A stretch of 58,492 nt of DNA, counting the filler, from Sphacelaria rigidula (lineage: Eukaryota), in assembly GCA_964200075.2 (NCBI GenBank). It is 10 parts of 10 records of this genome, joined end to end, with 100 filler letters (N's around TTAATTAATTAA, not from the genome) between each part and the next. Parts side by side here need not be neighbours in the genome. Positions count along the whole stretch, not along the records: positions 1 to 5,760 come from CAXNAA020024658.1; positions 5,861 to 11,620 come from CAXNAA020024659.1; positions 11,721 to 17,479 come from CAXNAA020024660.1; 7 more parts are not named here. One strand, 5' to 3'. Positions within the stretch are counted from its first letter, which is position 1. Each line of letters opens with the position of its first letter. This document shows positions 1-11,992 of the stretch, one piece after another. Both the position numbers and the translations under genes were made by a program. The notes under the pieces were generated by a model, which did not search any database, was not told the origin of the DNA, and saw only the letters and a list, made by a program, of their open reading frames with translations.

Positions 1-796
1 GATGGCCTTTGCATAACCAAGAAGTAGAAGAGCACAAGACAGTCACCATGGTGTTGTCTGTTCCAGTACACACCATGCTCTCTTACGTGGGTCCCCAGAG
101 CGGCTGGGTATACAAGCAGCAACGCTTCTCTGTTACAAACTTTTCGTAGTGCACCACACACGGACATACTTTTACAGAACCGAAAAAAGTTACTTTGGCT
201 CAGATCTCTCCTCCCTTCTTGCCTCCACCGTCCCGTTTGCGTCTTTTCTGCTCATTTGCTCTTGTCGGGGACGGTGGTTTGTTGAGGAGAGTCCATCGAT
301 AGGCCGGCTAAATCAGAGACGATCTCGTCCACCACGAGTCCGATTCGAGCGCTGTTTTTGCGTTGTGTCCTTCAAATCACAGTGCATGTTGTGATGACCT
401 CGCTTGTTGGTAACGTCCCACGCTCGGCACCCCAGGCGGCAAAAAAAAAGGCAGAGTTTCAGGAAACGCCACAAGAGTTGAGGAGAAAAGAGCTCATTTT
501 GCAGTGCGTGTATCGGGTGTGGACGTGTATGTGGCGCCTGAACGCACGATTTTCTCGTTCTAGTGAATGTGTTTAATCGAGTGTATCCATATAGAAGAAA
601 GGAAACGAGGATGAGTTGTCTATGGTTGATGAAATTTCGTCGAGTAGCCTGTCAAAATTCGGAGGCTAACACCCCCCCCCCCCGATTCGCATCCCTAACT
701 GTGTGTGATGAAGCTCAGTGGCGTTGCAAGATATTACGATATGCGGGTCTGCTCGTAGACCTTGGGTTCCGTGACGCCTTGTTTCGCGTTTTTTGT

Positions 797-1177
797 TGTC
801 ATTCTCGTGGCGAGATATTGAGCGATAGCTGAAAGCCGTCGCCCCATCTTCTCACTTGCTGGCTTCGCCTTGGTTGCTGGCTTTGCCGTGGTCGCTGACC
901 TAGCTCTGCTTCTCTGGCGCCATCCCTACGCTCTGCTCCTATGGCTGCACCCCGGCTGTACTGAGTAAGAGAGCTACTTGTAGATATAATATGATGCTAT
1001 CAACATGTGAGTTCCCAATCAGCAGTTGCATAAATGAATCTACTGTGTGCTTTGGTGGTAACTAAGGTCTGTATGTTGTTGCCCACGTGGGAGCTTGCTG
1101 GGTTGGCACCATGGTATCCCCTGGCACTCATACTGAGAGACGCCAGCCAATGCATTAGCTGCCACATCATTATGACA
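797..1177 (+). mobile_element. Probable 5' LTR of an LTR retrotransposon
   Basis: Starts TGTCAT (797) and ends ATGACA (1177), a 6-bp terminal inverted repeat with canonical TG...CA ends; followed 2 nt later by a PBS-like TGGCGACGA. Confidence 0.55.
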
Positions 1178-1179
1178 AT

Positions 1180-1190
1180 TGGCGACGATA
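1180..1190 (+). promoter_or_regulatory. Putative primer-binding site (tRNA-Ser-like)
   Basis: TGGCGACGA is complementary to a ...TCGTCGCCA tRNA 3' end and lies directly after the LTR-like CA. Confidence 0.5.
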
Positions 1191-3037
1191 AACGGACTTT
1201 GTTCTACTCGATTGGTAGGTCTTTGTGTTGCTTGGCGTTGTGTTTGTCTGCTCAAGCCGCCCCGTAGTCAGCAAGTCGCTTTTCTTTTTTCTGGGTATTT
1301 TACTTGTACAGATTGCCCTGTGTCCAGGTCGCTTCCAATATTAATATATTTCGGTGTTCGTGACGTTGCAGTCTAGGATTTCGCCGGTGAAACCGGAGTG
1401 GTCTCGGCTGGGCCCTTCTACTCTAAAGTGACAAGGTCTGCCCGTAAATTATTTTGTAATTCACACGTGGTATCTATCTTCCATGGTTCGGACGAATCAT
1501 CACCGATTTGAGTCACCAAATCGACGATTTATCAGACCTGATTGCTCGAAAGAGAGAAAAAAATCGGCCGCTGGTCAAACAGGTCTCCACGCAACTTTTG
1601 CGCTATTCCACGTGCCTGGGCTACGCGTACCTGGGTTGCAACGTAGGAAACAAAGCCCAAGGGTTGATTCATACGGTACGAATCAATTACACTAAAAATC
1701 GAATAATTTCCGCACGAATAATTGATTCGTCTCTTGCTATCTTCGTACGGTAGGCAGTGGAGGGACTGGTGGACTCGTTTCAGTACCAAAACGCCCAGGT
1801 ATTTAGCATAATGTAAATGTTTCGTCTTGTGTCTCGTTCGAACCATGTGTTTTATGCTGCCTGTACTGCAGTATGGTTGCGTCCTAGCATTCCCTGACAA
1901 AAACTATGCTCCCCGCGCCTCGTACACAGTCCATGATAACCAGAGCATGTCGATGGCCTATATATAATGCATATAGTATCCGTTTCTGAACCGGTACGGT
2001 ATACTACAGTATTTGGTACAGCACGCAGCATGCGGGAGCTCTATCGAAAAACAACTGGTTCGCCAGAATCCAAGTGCAACAACGATGGACTCGCTGGCAT
2101 CTCTCCTGCGTGTTTTCGAATAAATCGTGATGAAACATGAGGAGCACTACCGTGATGGGCTGCCACAGGGGAGTACAGCGCTTTAGGCACAAGCGCGCTG
2201 GCACGATATCGACAACACGGGAAACGCTAGCGCGCGTGCTGCTCGAACATAACGCTCTCCGCGGGTGTAATTTATTTCAATACGTTTTATTTAATTCAAT
2301 GCGGAGGTAACCCTACGGGTGTGGAGCCGATACTACTGTTATGGGCGCGCCTGACCCACCAAAATGAGCCCAAAACGTGTCACCGACCAAAAGCACGAAC
2401 AGACCGGAGATCTCGTTCATCCCCTGATTATGCACGCCGTAAAATCCCTTAAAGTACTTTTGATTTGAGTAGAGTTTCCACTTCACGGTCTCAAAGATTT
2501 CTCGTTCCGGAGTACGGACAACGGCGTGGCTCGGCTACTCACCGGCGTGTATTTGTCCAAGCTACAATCGGACCGAATGGTTTTCTCAGAGAAGTTAGGG
2601 TGATGAAGAAAATCGCAAAAAACATGTTTTTTTCGCGTTATTCGTTATAAAACTCGCATCCTGATGAAATAAAAACGTTTCATCCGGTACAATTGTAGGT
2701 GTCGTCTTGGCGCAGAAGATGCAAAAAGTCGCATCCCAATCGATGGCCGTGGCGATGAGTATTTTCTTCCAAAGAATGGGCTACGATCGCAAACACGCGC
2801 CTCCAACGCTCGCCGGTTTCCACAAAACGCGAAAACTTCACCCCTGTCTAAGGTCGTGTTTGAATGAAACAAGGAAAAGGATGATCATTTCGTGATAGTG
2901 ATAGTGTAGTGACGGTCGGTTCACAACTTCACTATCACGAGAAATCACGCGTCGTTCTAGTCGAGTATGCTAGGGTGGGAAACAAGTGATACAGAAACGG
3001 TGAAACAGCACGCGAACAGACCAGCGACTTCAAGGAG

Positions 3038-3217
3038 GGCGGCAATCACGCGCAAAGGGGTACGGGTATTGTCGCAGGTCGAAACGCGGACCGCCTTCCG
3101 CACGAGAAGAAGAAGCAACAGCAGCAGTATCAGCAGCATCGCTATTGCCAGTAGATGTACGTGGCTGGGGTGGGTCTAAATCAGCCGGTGCCGATACTGC
3201 TGTTGCTGTTGCTGTTG

Positions 3218-3255
<38 letters not shown>

Positions 3256-3430
3256 GTTCTTACTCATGAGAGAGACGGTTCGCGTTTCGATCGTGCTACA
3301 ATGCGCACACACCTTGCACGTGACAGCCACCGTGCTGGAAAGCGCTGGCCCGTACTACCCGTCGATAGGTCTATGCTTGCTCACTAGGCTAAGTGCCGGG
3401 AGATATGGCTGCGCGCATCTCTGCGTGCGA
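3038..3430. repeat. Foldback unit copy 1 with CAG-rich left arm and CTG-rich right arm
   Basis: ~3038-3131 is the reverse complement of ~3192-3331; the unit is repeated at 3618-3963. Confidence 0.8.
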
Positions 3431-3617
3431 GCTGTGCACGTCGGGTGTCTCTCGCACGCGTGGCTGCTGCTGGTGATGGGAATGAAGCCAGCGTCCAATA
3501 CTTGAATACAGGGGAAAGCAAGTGATATGTACTCGTACTGAAAATGCTACTACTGTACGGGGGTGACAACACGCAAACAGATCGTAGTCTACTTCAAATA
3601 CTACTGTAGGAGGGGGC

Positions 3618-3963
3618 AATGACGTGCCAGGTGCATGGGTACTGTCGCACGTCGAAACGCAAACCGTCTCTCGCACAAGAAGCAGCAGCAGCAGCAGCAG
3701 TATCTTTATTGCCAAGAAAATGTGTACGGCTGGGGGTGGGTCTGAATCAGCCTGTGCCGATACTGCTGCTGCTGCCGCTGCTGCTGCCGTTTTTCCTCAT
3801 GGGAGAGACGGTCCGCGTTTCAATCGTGCTACAATGCCCATGCACCTTGCGCGTGACAGCCACCATGCCGGAAAGCGCTGGTCCGTACTGCCCGCTGATA
3901 AGTCAATGCTTCCTCACCAGGCTAAGTGCCAAAAGATACAGCTGTGCGCATCTCTCTGTGAGC
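3618..3963. repeat. Foldback unit copy 2 (diverged direct duplicate of 3038-3430)
   Basis: Same arms (tgtcgcacgtcgaaacgc...cagcagtatc / gatactgctg...gcgtttcaatcgtgctaca), same loop (ggggtgggtct..aatcagcc) and same tail (aggctaagtgcc). Confidence 0.8.
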
Positions 3964-4599
3964 CTTTGATATGTTTGGTTGGCATGTATCGATGAACTAG
4001 ATCTTCCAGGATTGCAGGGTATCAATTTTGGAGAAAATCAAAGTTGAACATCGGGCGTGCAGGGGTGCTATCCACCGAAACCGGAGCTAAGTCCCATGTT
4101 ACACGTGCATCGGACCAGAACCCACAACCAACAGTTGGGCAGTCAAAAACAGTGCGGCGTCATAAGCAGCCGAATAGTACGCACTACTGTTGTTTGTGGT
4201 TCTGCCCTGCACTACTCTGTACAGTGTAGAGCACCCCGGATAGCAGCTGCTGCCGTTATGTGCAGGTGTAGGTTTGATGTTTGTGTGAGGGGGGTGTTAA
4301 ATAACGCCGTAAAGTTGCACCTCAAGCAATAAGAAATGGACGCTCGTGAGGTGTTCTCATACTCTCCCAGCAATCCGCAGGCTCACTCCTCAGAAGAATT
4401 TGTGGTAAGCGAGAGAGAGTAATCTTCGCGTGTTTACTCCAGCACCTCATTCTTTGCCGTTGCTGCCATAAAAATACGATTCGCAACCCTTCACCCCGAT
4501 ACTGGAACGCTGGCTCCTGGACTCTTCACTTCACTGACTGTAATCTATGTTGTTCAAAAATAGACTCTGTATATCCTCACCCCGCTTGGGATGGAAGTG

Positions 4600-4830
4600 A
4601 GCAGATGGCAGCGGCAACTGCTGTATTCAGGTGCCCCTTGGAGCAGGAAATCGCCGAAATATTCACCTGCAAACTCTGCCCCAGTGCACTGTAAGTTGAC
4701 ATCGCTAGAAGGACACTACCATAATCACCTTGCCGGCTGCCAGACTTTCACAGACTCTCAGGACGAAGGATCCGCCAGCATTGCTACCGTCTGTACGGGG
4801 GTGTTGCCCCCTTGTCAGGTACGTTTTGGA
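4600..4830 (+). repeat. Interspersed repeat shared with contig 7 (37222-37390)
   Basis: aatcgcc.aaatattcac.tgcaaactct.cccag.gcactgtaagtt...ccttgc.ggctgccagact and ttgcccccttgtc.ggtacg occur at both sites. Confidence 0.65.
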
Positions 4831-5046
4831 GCATGATACTAGATGAAGATCACCCTTCCTTGTACATGGGCACCAAACGCTTGGCTTATCACTCAAGAGT
4901 TCGATTTGGAGGATCATACTAGGTAGGCAGCGGCATCGGCTGTGTGTCCAGGTGCCTCTTGGAGCAGGATGTGTTTGGTGTCCGTTTGACGAAGGTATCC
5001 CCAAAAAACGAAATCGATAAGGGTTTTAGACTGGAAAAATCTAGCA

Positions 5047-5130
5047 AAAACACTATCGCAAGGATTCGATCGCAAGAATCACGACGCAAAAAAACTATCG
5101 CAAGGATCCAATCGCAAGAATCACGACGCG
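5047..5130 (+). repeat. Short tandem duplication (~42 bp x2), probably TE subterminal repeat
   Basis: actatcgcaaggat..atcgcaagaatcacgacgc occurs twice. Confidence 0.7.
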
Positions 5131-5760
5131 AAAACGGAGTCGCAAAAAACCTCTTGGCCGAATTTTTACCCGCAGCAGAAACCAACTTCACTTTGTGAAA
5201 TAGGAATTCAGTGAGGTGCCCCCGTGTTATTCTGTTTGTTGTAGGTGTCAGATCACCCTGGGTTTACTTGCATTGCACAAGTGCTGTACGTTGCCCCCGC
5301 TTCGCGTACTCATGATACGTATCTGCCCCTCCGTTGGTACACTGCTTGTAGCTGCTGAGCGATTTGCTGTAGCTGCCCTTCGGTTCTGTTTCCGCTTGGT
5401 TACATCCACGTATGTGCCATGGTGACGCTCTTCGTTGGGTTAGTGACCACGCGTAGGACTGGCCAGAACTGCGTTGTCATTCTGCCTTGTGCCTGTCGTC
5501 AACCGTCACTCATGTTTCACTACAGTGTGTTCACCCTGCTTTCGAACAGGGTATCGCACGCGCCACTGTACCACGTGCAAACTGTGTGTCCGCCGATCAC
5601 TATTACATCGGTGATAGTTATTAGTCGCTTTCGACGGATGATGCTGCAGTAGCATTTGGTTGATTTGCCTTGTGGGGAAATAAAACGCCCCCCCTGTACG
5701 TGGAAAGTAATGAGCGCCAGAATGTTGGAGGTGTCTCTATTAGGAGTAGGAACGGTGCTC

Positions 5761-5860
5761 NNNNNNNNNNNNNNNNNNNNNNNNNNNNNNNNNNNNNNNN
5801 NNNNTTAATTAATTAANNNNNNNNNNNNNNNNNNNNNNNNNNNNNNNNNNNNNNNNNNNN
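5761..5860. other. Artificial contig linker; identical linkers at 11621-11720, 17480-17579, 23339-23438, 29198-29297, 35057-35156, 40916-41015, 46775-46874, 52634-52733
   Basis: 44N-TTAATTAATTAA-44N (stops in all six frames), recurring every ~5860 bp; contigs are 5760, 5760 and then 5759 bp. Confidence 0.99.
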
Positions 5861-6748
5861 ACCTGCACGCAGGTTGAGAAATGCGGCGGGTCTGGAAGTG
5901 GTCGTTAGGCCAAGCAGGTCCAAGGTCTGTGTAATGTTGCAGACAAGACACAACAAGCCAACACAACACCTACACACCCAGCCCCGAAAAGACACGCACA
6001 GACACCCACCACTCTCGCGCATTAGTTTTACTGCTAGCCCTTGCTGATCTACACACGGCAGTCTTTGTTTGACAGAAGTTCGTTCTGTATTGGACGAATG
6101 GCGGCTGCAGGTGTTTCAAGAACAACCGAAAACGTGTCGTTGCTGACCGTTTTGTAAGCGTTTGCTGCGCGCGCGTCTCACACAAATCATCATTTCTCAA
6201 TGAATTCCGAACAGATTTGAGCAAGGTCACGCACAACGTGCACAGCTGATGAGCAGCTACGGCTCGATGTGCTGTCAAACAAAGACTGTTGTGTGTAGAT
6301 TCGCAAGGGCTAGCAGAGGGATGCTACGGTAGGGATACACAAATATTTTTTTGAGGTTAGAATTGTTGGGAGCCCTTCATCTCATCCAAAACACGACTTA
6401 TGAGAATATGCGAGAGCACGCCAGGATGACTATTCCAATGTGCTGGGGATATCCCAAATTAATCTGCAAAAGGGGATGCCCTGGCCCATATTCTTGTGCG
6501 TCTAGAATCCATAGGAGCATCTGAACCAGACAAAAATTCGCGAAAAAAGGGCACCCCTACCGTAGCATTGCTCAGCAGTGAAACTAATGCCCGTGAGTGG
6601 TGGGTGTTTGTGCATGTCTTTTGGGGGCTTGGTGTGTAGGTGTGGTGTTGCCTTGTTGTGTTTTGTCTTCAGCATTGCACAGACCTTGGACCTGCTTGGG
6701 CTAACGACCACTTCCAGACCCGCCGCAGTTTTCAACCTGTGTGCAGAT
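5861..6748. mobile_element. Long-inverted-repeat (foldback) element, left end cut by contig edge
   Basis: 5861-6035 plus 6321-6334 is the reverse complement of ~6553-6748. Confidence 0.8.
6037..6310. mobile_element. MITE nested in the left arm of the foldback
   Basis: ~40-bp TIRs gcccttgc..tctacacac..cagtctttgtttgacag / ctgtcaaacaaagactg..gtgtagat..gcaagggc; TA on both flanks; interrupts the outer arm. Confidence 0.75.
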
Positions 6749-8351
6749 CTGGGTTCCAATTTGTACAAAACTGCTTGTCAATACTGTAGGACTTGGGACT
6801 GGTCGTTAGGGCCTGTCTTTTCGGTCGAAAAAATGGAGCGGTGCTATCCATCTGAGCGAAAAAAAATCGTTTTGATGCAGTTGGGTCCGGACTGACTGAT
6901 ACTATATGTTACAGAGGGACGAACACAACAATACAGCACATCAAGCAATCTCAGCGGAGACCAAACCGTCTTCGCAAGGTCTTGACACACCGCAGAACAG
7001 TAATAGCTACAGCACATTAGAGCGGAAGTGAGTGTGTTTGGGCTGCAGTAACGTGAGACAAGACATATCCCATGTTTTAGTTCTTCGGCTGATCTTGAAC
7101 GCTCGGACATGATCGCCCTTCGCGCAAATAATTTAATTTACTACAGAATTATCTCTATGTATGGGTGCTGTGCCTGAAATTCGTGACACGGCACATGGTC
7201 ACTCGTGTACAAGACACACAGTCTGTATTGTCTGCACCGCTTGCAAGCAGGGTGTCTTGAGTGCGTGTGTGCGTGTTTCCTTCAGGAGGATATAAAGGAG
7301 AAGCGGGCAACAGTGCAGATAGCCCAGGACTATCAGTTCTCTCTGCTTACGATGCGACGTGAAAAGGACTTCAGCAACGTGCAGCTTTGTACTGCCTGCA
7401 CTATCCATGAGCGTGCACGCAACTCGGTTGCCCACCATGAGAGGAGACGTGCAAGTTTCCAACGACATAAAATAACAAAGCATACCCAGCTACTGCAGTG
7501 TATCTATCCACAAGTGATAGCGTGCTGTTCACCTCCCCTGTCCGAGTACAGGCTGTACTCTGCAAGCACAGAGAGTACAGTAGTGACGGTGTTTGCGAAG
7601 ACTAAATCCGGGTCAGGACTTGGGCTAGTCCGTCTCCAGGTTTTAAAACTAAAAAACACTGTAGAACTGCCGTCTTGTCTTGTGTTCAGTGTAGTACTCT
7701 ACACTCCATATACCACTGCAGAATTGTCTTGTGTTCAGTGTACTAACCTGTACTCCAGATAATGGGATCATGTTTTGAGCAGTTCTTGAAAAGTTCTCTT
7801 TGTCTTTGAAATTTTCTCGAAAAGTTCTGCTTGTTTTTCTGTCACAGATATCCAATGCCGAATCTGGAATAGCCTGAGACAACAACCAATTGGAAAATTG
7901 AAACAAGCGTGATAAAGGCGGAGTCCCAAAATACAACACACCGTAACACGCAATACAGGCAATGCACAATTTCCACGAGCGGTAGTTCACCGCCTCACTG
8001 TTCATTCTGTATAAAATGGAAAAGCATCATAACACGCTTATGGGTTCTTGCAAAACATCAACAGTCCTTGAACGCTGACTATCATTGAAAACATGTACTC
8101 ATCAATGCGATGCTTCCATTATTCCCCCTTCTGCCCTGTCCGCGTCCTTTTCCCCATTTTTGCTGTTGTTGCCATCGGTCCTTTTTGTCTCATATTGAAT
8201 TGGGGCAAACAAAAACTGTGTCGCTACGCATCTCTGTTTCCTCGGGTTACATTTTATTGTGACCATGGGGATTGACGAAGCACACGTGTCCCACCGCCTA
8301 TTTTTCATGCTGTACTAGTTGGCAAGTACGGCATATTCGAAACACCGAAAA

Positions 8352-10305
8352 ATGTCTGGCAGGGGCGCTGAACGCCGTGAGGGACGAGGAAGGCATAACG
8401 ATAGACGCCGCTCCGACTCCGGGTTCTCCTCGGCACGCCGCAGCCGTTCCGTTTCCCTGGACTCTCACTCCCGCTCTCGTTTTTATCGCCGTTGCTCTGA
8501 ATCGCGCCGCCGCTCTACATCACGAGACTCCCGCAGTTCTCGCCGTAGCTCCCCCCGCCTCTCGCGCTCTCGCTTCACATTTCCTCGCCGCAATCTGTCC
8601 CGCGTGACGTGCCGCTCCACGAGCCGTCCCAGAACGAACCGTGACAATCAGTCACACCGGGACAGACACGAGACTGAGGGAGGCGTTGAGAAACAAGATG
8701 AAGGGGTCGAAGGGGCCGAAGCCAATCAACTGGTTAAGGTGAACGAGCGGCTGCGGAGTCGCATTGCAAACACCTCCAAGATGCCAGTGTACACGGGAAC
8801 TTCACCAGGTAAGCTAATAATAGCAAACAGTGCAGTATTCCTCCAGGAAAAGATATAGAGCACATTGCGTCACGTGAAACGTGCGGCGCTGAAGCTCCCC
8901 GAAGACGTACAGCAGGTCGGAGTAAGGTGGGTCACAAGAGTCGACAAGTACTCGCCCCGCCGCCGTGATCTACTTCCAGACTTGCTTGCAGGCGGTGGTA
9001 CTACTGCCACAGCGCTCCTGTCGGGCGTTGATATTCGGGTGCACCGCATCTCAGGCGGAACCGAAGTTGTCTGCTATGATGAGGTAACGGCGATCGATTG
9101 GTTGCGTCTGTTTGTTCGTGAACAAGCTCTCAATAGTGACTCCGCCGAAAATTCACGAGAAGCATTGAAGGAGATCACCGTGAAAAGCGGTGAATCTTGG
9201 AAACATGCGGCTGAGCGAGTTTTGTTGGCTTACAAAGCCACCATAGCTAGCGCAAGCCGTCCGCATGCCCCTGGGACTGACTTTTCCTGGCGTTTTATTA
9301 CAAAAGAGCAGCTGAATGGATTGTACGAATGCATCGTTCGAGCCGTCTTGCCCAATGAAGTTCGCAGGGATGGCATGCGATCACTTCCCCACGAGGAGAT
9401 GAGTATAGCGGACACTTAGCTCGCCGACATGGCAGAGGAGCTTCAAAACCCGAAGGGGGGACCTGCAATATGCGCCGCCGTGGTGAAATTGCTAAAGGAT
9501 TGTACGACGAGTTCATCAGACTTCTGACCGCACGCCCCTCGAAACATTACAGGAAGCCAGTTTAAAAGAAAGCAAGTCGCACGGTAGAACCAGGCCGCCT
9601 CTTTTCGCAAGAGGATATTAGGCAAATGCCCCCCCACGCAATTCGCTGCGCTCCGCAGCAAAAATGAAGGATTGATGCCCCGTGTTGCCGCAGCCCCTGC
9701 GTCTGCTCCCAGGATCTTACCGCAGATAGAGTACGCGCAACCGCAGTCGAACGAGTACGTTCAGCAGCAGACACCGGCCCTGGCGGCAGCATTCAACAAC
9801 ACACCAGGGACAATCCCGAGACAGCACTGTATTCCTTTTGTGGAACAGAAACACCGGTCGGCCAGAGAAGTGCAGTCAAGGTTGGACAGTGGCCGCGAAA
9901 GGAGCGTCTTCGTCGCCTGCTGCACCACCCCCGCCACCAAGTTCATCCTCGGCTGTGAGCACCCGAGACCAGCAAGCTGCCCCCTACCCAACGGGCGACC
10001 GAGAAGAAGTCATCGATTACCTCCGCAGGAACAAGATCTTCTTCGGCCACGCTTTCACAGGCACCTGCCGCCGCCGCGATGGCACTCCCTGTTCGTACAT
10101 ACATGGAATTATCTCGTCGACTCACTACAGGAACGTCAAAGCCCGCCGTAGAGCCGCTGTCCCCCGAAAGCGACTCGCGGCCCTTACGGAATCTCAATAC
10201 CTAGCGGCGATCGACATACTGATCAACGAGGGTAGCGATGGTGAACGGGAGGACGAAGAAGACGAGCACGAAGGGGCGCCCTCCGACAGCAACGGCGACA
10301 AATGA
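8352..10305 (+). pseudogene. Decayed gag-like ORF of an LTR retrotransposon (Arg/Ser-rich N-terminus, CCCH-like zinc finger relic)
   Basis: Serial ORF pieces 8319-8858, 8865-9419 and 9838-10305 with stops/frameshifts; IFFGHAFTGTCRRRDGTPCSYIHG motif; directly upstream of the protease. Confidence 0.6.
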
Positions 10306-11311
10306 GGGGACGCCCCAGGTATTCTCAACCTGGGGAACCTGCTGGAGGAGGACATGGCAACCATCGAGCACCGTCTCGGAAACCAACTGTGGGTGGCGGA
10401 AGAGATCTGGCACCGGAGCCGGGCTCGGAATTCGTGGCCACACGAGGTACTGTTGGACATCGGGGCAGGTGGGGGCAATTACATGTCCTAGTTTTTGTGG
10501 CGTTGCCTCATAAAAACAGAAGTAATACATGCCAAGCTAGACACGAAGAACGCTGGCGCCCTTCGCGCCGTCAACCCCTCGCGGAGCAAGGTACCCCAAA
10601 TGTCTATAGTTGGATCAGTCGTGATACCTATCTTGTTCGCTAAGGATGATCGCGTTCGTGAAGTAACAGTCAGGGTGGTAGAGGACCTACCTCCCGGGCT
10701 CATTTGGGGGGCCGAGGTTTTTGGGCAAATTGTAGCAGTCTCGAGTTCAAAGTTACAGGAGGGTTTCGCCCTACCTCCTCCGCACCGTGGATTCCATTTT
10801 TGACCACTGATAGCCCTCGACATGCTAAGCCGAACCTCTCGGCCCTTGAAACGCTCAATGAAGCTTGTTCGCTAGTCATGCCTTCCCCCGCGCCCTGTAC
10901 GTTTCCAGTTACAGCGACGTTGCCTTGGAAGATGACGGCACGAGGGAGTGGAACGTCAGACTGCCCGAGCGTTCCGTCTCCATCGATGGGTTTGTACACA
11001 TGGCGGTGGAAACGGGGATCATGGAACCCCAAACCCAGGACAAGCAGCTAGTGCTGATGCTGCCCTCGGCTAAGTGTGACCTGGACAGTGAAGCGTTGGT
11101 AGGGATATCCAAAGGACGGTTGTGGTGGGTACCAGGGTTTCCGGTTCACTGTAAGTTAGTAAACAGACGTGAAGATGGAGGCGAAGTAAAGACCTGCGGA
11201 ACAATCGTGCGCTTCATAGCCCTCAACGTGCGCGATCCTGCTCGATTTCACTCACTTTTCGACGACATGCCGTCAACGGTAGACCAACCTACCGTGCCCG
11301 CACCCCCGTAG
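10306..11311 (+). pseudogene. Decayed Ty3/Gypsy-type pol N-terminus: aspartic protease (retropepsin) plus post-protease linker domain
   Basis: VLLDIGAGGGNYMS at 10447-10488 (D-T/S-G motif decayed to DIG) and C-terminal VRVVEDLPPGLIWGA motif; internal TAG and frameshifts; no RT visible before truncation. Confidence 0.75.
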
Positions 11312-11785
11312 TGCTCCGAGCGTGGTCCGTTAATCGTGTGATTTCACTCATGGTAAATGTGAGATTCAGGATACTATCACGAGACTGTCGGAGGAAAATG
11401 TGGTGGATTAACCGATGGGAAACGGTACTGGTGATTTCCAGAAATCGTACTGAGAACGACAGTCCAGATCGATTCTCGGAATGTTCTGGAAAGTGTTGGT
11501 TGTTCTTACTTTTGCTCTCGAATGATCCGGAAACGACGGGGAGTTATATTGTGGTATGCCGTATGTTTCTGCGGGATAAAACAGGAGATATTTGCCGTAG
11601 GTCGAGAAGGATTCTCGACGNNNNNNNNNNNNNNNNNNNNNNNNNNNNNNNNNNNNNNNNNNNNTTAATTAATTAANNNNNNNNNNNNNNNNNNNNNNNN
11701 NNNNNNNNNNNNNNNNNNNNTTATTATTATTTCACGAACACGTCGTGAGCCTGGTGTTGGTGAGCTTCAGTCCCAAAAGGGTTAG

Positions 11786-11992
11786 CGTTCGACGAGGGAA
11801 AGGGACTGCTGAACCCCTCTCGCGATGAAAAAATAAAGGCAAGCACCGCAAAATGAAGGTGGAGAATTAAAACAAACAAAAAAGAAAAGGCTCTTGTGTT
11901 GGCCTTCCTCCTGTGTGACCACGGCTGGTGCGCCCACATATATACCGAAAGGTGTAGACCGGCGTCCAGAATAGATGGGACGATAGCACACA
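11786..11992 (+). mobile_element. SINE family A, 5'-truncated copy
   Basis: Matches the 3' half of 47652-48013 (cgacgagggaaaggga...ccagaatagatgggac..acaca). Confidence 0.8.

Noticed and set aside
3145..3995. Poly-Leu/poly-Ala ORFs as signal-peptide proteins
   Set aside because: They arise from CTG microsatellites inside a duplicated foldback; no splice or coding support
5805..5816. Regularly spaced TTAATTAATTAA as a biological repeat or recombination site
   Set aside because: Embedded in fixed N-runs; it is an assembly linker
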